A DNA stretch of 64,000 bases, taken from contig JAQVLW010000008.1 of NCBI GenBank assembly GCA_028703945.1, positions 7,288 through 71,287 on the forward strand, read 5' to 3'. Of the stretch, positions 59,373-64,000 are shown in pieces; position 1 is the stretch's first letter, and each line of letters opens with the position of its first letter. The position numbers were made by a program, and so were the translations under genes. Under the pieces are notes generated by a model. That model saw only the letters and a program-made list of their open reading frames with translations. It did no database searches and was not told where the DNA came from. Source of the stretch: Aliarcobacter sp. GTDB taxonomy: Bacteria; Campylobacterota; Campylobacteria; Campylobacterales; Arcobacteraceae.

Positions 59373-60937
59373 TGTCTAAAATAACAAAAAATAGACTTTT
59401 TGAACTTCTATCAGCAAGGCATTTGAATAATCCTTATTCAAAGCTTGCTGACCTTCCTTCACCTGACAATTTCAAAGATATTCACATAGCTACAAAAAGA
59501 ATCAAAAAAGCTATTTTAGAAAAAGAGACTATCACAATAGTTGGAGATTATGATGTTGATGGTGTAATCTCAACAACAATTATGTTGGATTTTTTTAATA
59601 CAATAAATGTAAAAGTAAATCATATTATTCCAAATAGGTTTGAACATGGATATGGTTTATCTACTAAAATTGTTGATTTAATTAATGAAGGTTTGGTAAT
59701 AACTGTTGATAATGGAATTTCTGCTTATGAAGCTTCTGTTAAATTAAAAGAAAAAAATATTGATTTAATAATTACAGACCATCATACAGTAGGAGCAAAA
59801 ATTCCAATTGCACTTGCAATAATAAACCCAAAACAAGCTGATTGTAACTTTGAATTCAAAGATATTTGTGGTGCTCAAGTTGCTTGGTATTTATGTGCTG
59901 CAATTAAAAAAGAGATGAATTTAGATGTTAATATGTCAAACTTTCTTGATTTACTTTGTGTGGCAATTATTGCTGATATTATGCCAATGACAGCACTTAA
60001 TTATACTATTGTAAAACAAGGTCTTAAAAAAATAAAAACCTCATCGAGGGAAGCTTTTAAGAAACTAAATGAAATTATGTCAAAAGAAATTTTTGTTTCT
60101 GATGATGTTGGCTTTTTTATTGCTCCAAAATTAAATAGTGCAGGAAGAATGGATGATGCTAGTGTTGCATTATCATTTTTACTTTCTAAAAATTCTTTTC
60201 AAGCAAATGAAAGTCTAGGATTACTAGATGAATTGAATAATTACAGAAAAACTCTTCAAGAAGAAATTTCAAAAAAAGCAGAATCAAAAACCAATAAAAA
60301 TGACAATGCTGTTATTGTTTGGGGAGAAGATTGGCATGAGGGTGTAATTGGGATTGTTGCTTCAAAACTATCAAATTCACATAAAAAACCAGCTTTTATT
60401 TTTTCTATTCATAATGGAATTGCAAAAGGAAGTGCTAGGGCAAATTCTAATATAAATTTATATGACATTATTACAAAAGCAAATCATTTATTATTGGGAT
60501 ACGGTGGGCATAAAAATGCAGCAGGATTGTCTTTAAAAGTAGAGAATCTTGAAGAGTTTAAATCTATTATAAATAAAGAATTAGAGTGTTTTAAAGAAGA
60601 TTTACATATAGAACCTATAACTTTAGGAGAACTTGATGTATCAAGTGTTGACTTAGAATTTTTATCAATAATTGAACAATTTGAACCTTATGGATTAGAA
60701 AATCATAGACCCATATTTAAAATTTCAAATACTTCTTTAGTAAAATATACCCTAATTGGAAAAGACAAAAACCATTTAAAATTAACTTTAAATAGTGATG
60801 GATTTGTATTTGAAGCTTTAAAATTTAATGATTCAACTGTTGATTTAGCTTCAAATCTAAATTTAGTTGTATCAATTAGTAAAAATGAGTTTAGAGGAGA
60901 GATAACTCCTCAATTTTTAATTCAAGATTTTTTATAA
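59372..60937 (+). CDS. recJ: Single-stranded-DNA exonuclease RecJ
   Basis: GDYDVDG, TDHH, NSAGR, GGHKNAAG (DHH/DHHA1). Confidence 0.94.
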   Translation: MSKITKNRLFELLSARHLNNPYSKLADLPSPDNFKDIHIATKRIKKAILEKETITIVGDYDVDGVISTTIMLDFFNTINVKVNHIIPNRFEHGYGLSTKIVDLINEGLVITVDNGISAYEASVKLKEKNIDLIITDHHTVGAKIPIALAIINPKQADCNFEFKDICGAQVAWYLCAAIKKEMNLDVNMSNFLDLLCVAIIADIMPMTALNYTIVKQGLKKIKTSSREAFKKLNEIMSKEIFVSDDVGFFIAPKLNSAGRMDDASVALSFLLSKNSFQANESLGLLDELNNYRKTLQEEISKKAESKTNKNDNAVIVWGEDWHEGVIGIVASKLSNSHKKPAFIFSIHNGIAKGSARANSNINLYDIITKANHLLLGYGGHKNAAGLSLKVENLEEFKSIINKELECFKEDLHIEPITLGELDVSSVDLEFLSIIEQFEPYGLENHRPIFKISNTSLVKYTLIGKDKNHLKLTLNSDGFVFEALKFNDSTVDLASNLNLVVSISKNEFRGEITPQFLIQDFL

Positions 60938-61582
60938 AACAACGTGTGGACGAGGAGTAGAAGTTTGTCTTTTATTACCGTCTTGTAATCTTTCAACTTC
61001 TAAACCTAAAATTTCATCATCAATTTCTGTTTTTTCATAAGATGAAGATAAAATATTTCCATTTCTAATATCAATCAATTTTATAAATACATTTAAACTT
61101 TTACTAGTTAGGGAGTATGTTCCAACCACAGCATATTTTTCTTTTGTAATTTTAGAAGAAACGATATTGTCTTTATTTCGTGTTAATAAGTTAAAACCAT
61201 TTGTCCCAAATTCAAACTCTTTTCCCAACTCTATTTCTCTTACAATAATATTTTCAGAAACTAAACTATCTTTTAGCATACTAGAAAGTAAAAATCCTAA
61301 TTGAGATTTATTTTTTAATTTATCTAAATTAACAAAATCAGATACTAAAACAGCTTCTTGCAATGAAATATTTTTTTTGATTTTACTTACAGAGTCAGCA
61401 ACAAGTTTTGAAACTAAATAATGAAAGTTATTTGACCCTGTAATAGGGTTTTTATAAACACACGAACTAAAAGAAAGAACTAAGAAAATTGGAATTATAA
61501 AAAATTTCAATTTTCCTAAAAATTTAAATATCATTTTGACGATCGTTCTTTTATTATATTTATAGTTCTTGCTGGGGCGCAA
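60932..61582 (-). CDS. FlgO-family outer membrane lipoprotein (likely start 61534)
   Basis: VLVSDFVNLD...LGFLLS...AVVGTYS FlgO-like pattern. Confidence 0.75.
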   Translation of the reverse strand: MRPSKNYKYNKRTIVKMIFKFLGKLKFFIIPIFLVLSFSSCVYKNPITGSNNFHYLVSKLVADSVSKIKKNISLQEAVLVSDFVNLDKLKNKSQLGFLLSSMLKDSLVSENIIVREIELGKEFEFGTNGFNLLTRNKDNIVSSKITKEKYAVVGTYSLTSKSLNVFIKLIDIRNGNILSSSYEKTEIDDEILGLEVERLQDGNKRQTSTPRPHVVL

Positions 61583-62187
61583 TCTTTAAAGATTATACAA
61601 TCATTTATAATACCGTGTTCATACGTTGCTCTGGCACTTGTAATTATTTTACCTGTGATATTATCTATTACTCTTGCATTTAACATGATTTTACCTGATA
61701 ATCTTGAGTAAGTTCCTACAACAACATAAGTATTAGGTATTTTATTTTTTAGCTCATGGGGTTTTCTTGAGATAAAATATTCACCTTCATCATTTATAGA
61801 AATAGCCATTTGACCTCTAAATTCAGTAATATCAAAACCTCTATTTGAAAGTTCATTAATCAAACTTTCACTAACAACTCTTCCGAATTCAGTAGTTTTT
61901 TTAAATTCATCTAGTCTAACAAAAGAAGTAATTAACACCGGTTTGTTTGTATCCATCTTTTTATTTTGTAACATTTGGGCAGCTAGTGATGCAATTGTCG
62001 ATTCTAGCGTATTTTGGGTAGTAACATTTTTTTGCATATCTGCTGCAACTTCTAAATGTTGCTTAGTAGTTTGTACTTTATCATATTCTTTTGCTATTGG
62101 ATCATTGCTTCTACTTACTGTGCACCCTGTTACAAAAAATAAAAATATACCCGCTAATATACTTGACTTAAGAATACTTTTAAACAT
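61531..62187 (-). CDS. FlgO-family outer membrane lipoprotein
   Basis: Lipobox VTGC; VLITSFVRLD...FGRVVSESL...GEYFISR...VVVGTYS. Confidence 0.8.
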   Translation of the reverse strand: MFKSILKSSILAGIFLFFVTGCTVSRSNDPIAKEYDKVQTTKQHLEVAADMQKNVTTQNTLESTIASLAAQMLQNKKMDTNKPVLITSFVRLDEFKKTTEFGRVVSESLINELSNRGFDITEFRGQMAISINDEGEYFISRKPHELKNKIPNTYVVVGTYSRLSGKIMLNARVIDNITGKIITSARATYEHGIINDCIIFKDCAPARTINIIKERSSK

Positions 62188-62349
62188 TAAAAACCCCTTT
62201 TCATAATTATTTAAATTTTATTTAAAGTTTGCTTAGATATTCTTGAATGATTGTTTATTACTTTAAAGGGACTATTATACCTTAGATTAGAAGCTTTGTG
62301 ATTTAAATCATAATAATATATAATCAATAAAATTTATAAGGAAAAAATT

Positions 62350-62895
62350 ATGGCAAATATTTTAATACCTATCTCAAATGGATTTGAAGAAATTGAAGCT
62401 ATTTCAATTATAGATGTTTGTAGACGTGCAAATATTGAAGTTACAATTGCAGCAGTTGAAGATTTAACAACAATTGGAGCTCACAATATTAAAATTCAAG
62501 CCGATTGTAAAATAGAAGATATTTCTAGTGATAACTTTGATATGATTGTTTTACCAGGTGGACTTCCTAATGCTTTTACTCTTGCAGAAAATTCAAGAGT
62601 TCAATTATTATTAAAAGAGTTCAAAGATAAAAATAAAAAGATTGGTGCAATTTGCGCAGCACCTTATGCTTTATATAAAGCAGGAGTATTAAATAAGAAT
62701 TATACTTGTTATCCTAGTTTTGAAAAGAAAATAAAAGAAGATGGTTATTTTTCAAATAAAGACATTGTTATTGATGACAAGGTAATCACTTCAAGAGGAC
62801 CTGCCACTGCTATGATTTTTGCACTTGAAATTGTAAAAATACTTTGTGATGAAAAGATTTATATTGAGGTAAAAAATGGTTTATTAGTAAACTAA
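62350..62895 (+). CDS. DJ-1/YajL/PfpI family protein
   Basis: GFEEIE, LPGG, AICAAP, TSRGPATA. Confidence 0.92.
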   Translation: MANILIPISNGFEEIEAISIIDVCRRANIEVTIAAVEDLTTIGAHNIKIQADCKIEDISSDNFDMIVLPGGLPNAFTLAENSRVQLLLKEFKDKNKKIGAICAAPYALYKAGVLNKNYTCYPSFEKKIKEDGYFSNKDIVIDDKVITSRGPATAMIFALEIVKILCDEKIYIEVKNGLLVN

Positions 62896-62896
62896 A

Positions 62897-63664
62897 ATGA
62901 AAATACCTACAAATAATTTAGCTCTTGCCCTTGGTGGCGGAGTTGCTAGAGGTGCTTTTCATTTAGGAGTTCTCGATTTTTGCGAAACACATAATATTAA
63001 TATAAAAGCATATAGTGGCTCATCAATTGGTTCAATTATAAGTGCTTCTCATGCTAGTGGAGTAAAAGCAAAAGAACAACTAAAAATATTTTCTTCCAAA
63101 GAAATACGGCAAGTTTTAAAATTTAATTTTTTTAGAAATGGCTTATTGAAAATTGATTCTACAAATAAGATAATAAAAGAACTTCTACCAATAGAAAATA
63201 TTGAAGATATTCCAAAACCTCTTTGGATTAGTGCTTATGATTTAAAGAAAAAGGAACTTCACTATTTTAATAGTGGAAATACTTTAACTTTATGTCTAGC
63301 TTCAAGTGCTTTATTTCCTGTATTTAAGCCTATTTCTTATAATGGAATGTATTTGATTGATGGAGGATTATTTGATAATATTCCAATAAAACCTCTTGAG
63401 AATAAAGGTTATGATATTTATGCTATTGATTTATTCGCAAAAAGTAACGAACATAAAAGCAAAAAATTTAATCCAATAAAATCTATAAAAAAATCACTTT
63501 TTAAGCAACTCCATTCAAATCACAAATATTCTTTAGAAAACACAAACTATTATTTAGGAAGTCCTCATATAAAAAACTTTTCATTATTTACTTTTCAAGA
63601 GCTAGAAGATTGTTTTAAATTAGGTGTTAAAGAAGCTCAAAATCATTTTTTGGATACACTATAA
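62897..63664 (+). CDS. Patatin-like phospholipase
   Basis: GGGVARG, GSSIG nucleophile elbow, DGG motif. Confidence 0.9.
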   Translation: MKIPTNNLALALGGGVARGAFHLGVLDFCETHNINIKAYSGSSIGSIISASHASGVKAKEQLKIFSSKEIRQVLKFNFFRNGLLKIDSTNKIIKELLPIENIEDIPKPLWISAYDLKKKELHYFNSGNTLTLCLASSALFPVFKPISYNGMYLIDGGLFDNIPIKPLENKGYDIYAIDLFAKSNEHKSKKFNPIKSIKKSLFKQLHSNHKYSLENTNYYLGSPHIKNFSLFTFQELEDCFKLGVKEAQNHFLDTL

Positions 63665-63688
63665 ATAAAAACTGAAAAGATTTATATT

Positions 63689-64000
63689 ATGTCTGATACA
63701 CCAAAATTTACCCATCTTCATTTACATACAGAATATTCCCTACTTGATGGTGCAAATAAAATAAAACCCCTTGCTAAAAAAGTAAAAAAAATGGGAATGA
63801 CAAGCGTTGCTATGACTGACCATGGAAATATGTTTGGCGCAATTGATTTTTATAATGCCATGAGAGCAGAAGGAATTAAACCAATCATTGGAATGGAAGC
63901 TTATATTCACAATAGTGAAGATATAGGTGATAAAACAAATAGACAAAGATTTCACCTTTGTTTATATGCAAAAAATGATGTTGGTTACAAAAATCTAATG
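63689..64000 (+). CDS. dnaE: DNA polymerase III alpha subunit, N-terminal part (runs off window edge)
   Basis: Manual translation MSDTPKFTHLHLHTEYSLLDGA...AMTDHGNMFGA (PHP domain). Confidence 0.96.
   Translation, partial: MSDTPKFTHLHLHTEYSLLDGANKIKPLAKKVKKMGMTSVAMTDHGNMFGAIDFYNAMRAEGIKPIIGMEAYIHNSEDIGDKTNRQRFHLCLYAKNDVGYKNLM

Noticed and set aside
2351-63955. Many 60-130 aa ORFs overlapping real genes (e.g. 2351-2620, 6031-6303, 22076-22372, 29874-30218, 53638-54033, 63740-63955)
   Set aside because: Antisense or off-frame shadows of well-supported genes, with no motifs or RBS; 63740-63955 is antisense to dnaE
1-64000. rRNA, tRNA or tyrosine-integrase island
   Set aside because: No GC-rich structured RNA genes or integrase ORF recognised; the island boundaries are fully explained by the Tn7-like ends and TSD

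Overview
AT-rich Campylobacterota chromosome segment, most consistent with Arcobacteraceae (inference from flavodoxin-type complex I, futalosine-pathway mqnD and gene order). Housekeeping backbone: topA (partial), murB, mqnD, nuoA-N, AAA ATPase, Sel1 lipoproteins, TetR/SulP, nfo, NDH-2, queH, lpxB-fabZ-lpxA-clpX-mreBC, ribE, mnmG, then ccoG, pyrG, recJ, two FlgO genes, DJ-1, patatin and dnaE (partial). The main result is a complete ~20.7 kb Tn7-like transposon (34606-55303). It has TGT...ACA ends, repeated TnsB-type sites and a 5-bp TAAAA target duplication, and sits inside the last codons of mnmG. Its left end supplies a replacement stop that keeps MnmG the same length; its right end encodes a mini-ORF ending at the original mnmG stop. 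It carries tnsA-tnsB-tnsC-tniQ centrally and a TnsE-like gene at one end. Cargo: (i) an R-S-E ADP-ribosyltransferase-like gene next to an HNH nuclease; (ii) a dpdC-dpdB-dpdA-dpdB2-queC 7-deazaguanine DNA-modification operon with no dpdD-K; (iii) a convergent operon of QueC (amber-interrupted), a DndB-like protein, a PD-(D/E)xK nuclease, a membrane-protein remnant, an HNH nuclease and a DGQHR protein. Together (ii) and (iii) are a candidate new compact deazaguanine restriction-modification/defence system. All family calls come from motif recognition by eye; no database searches were run.
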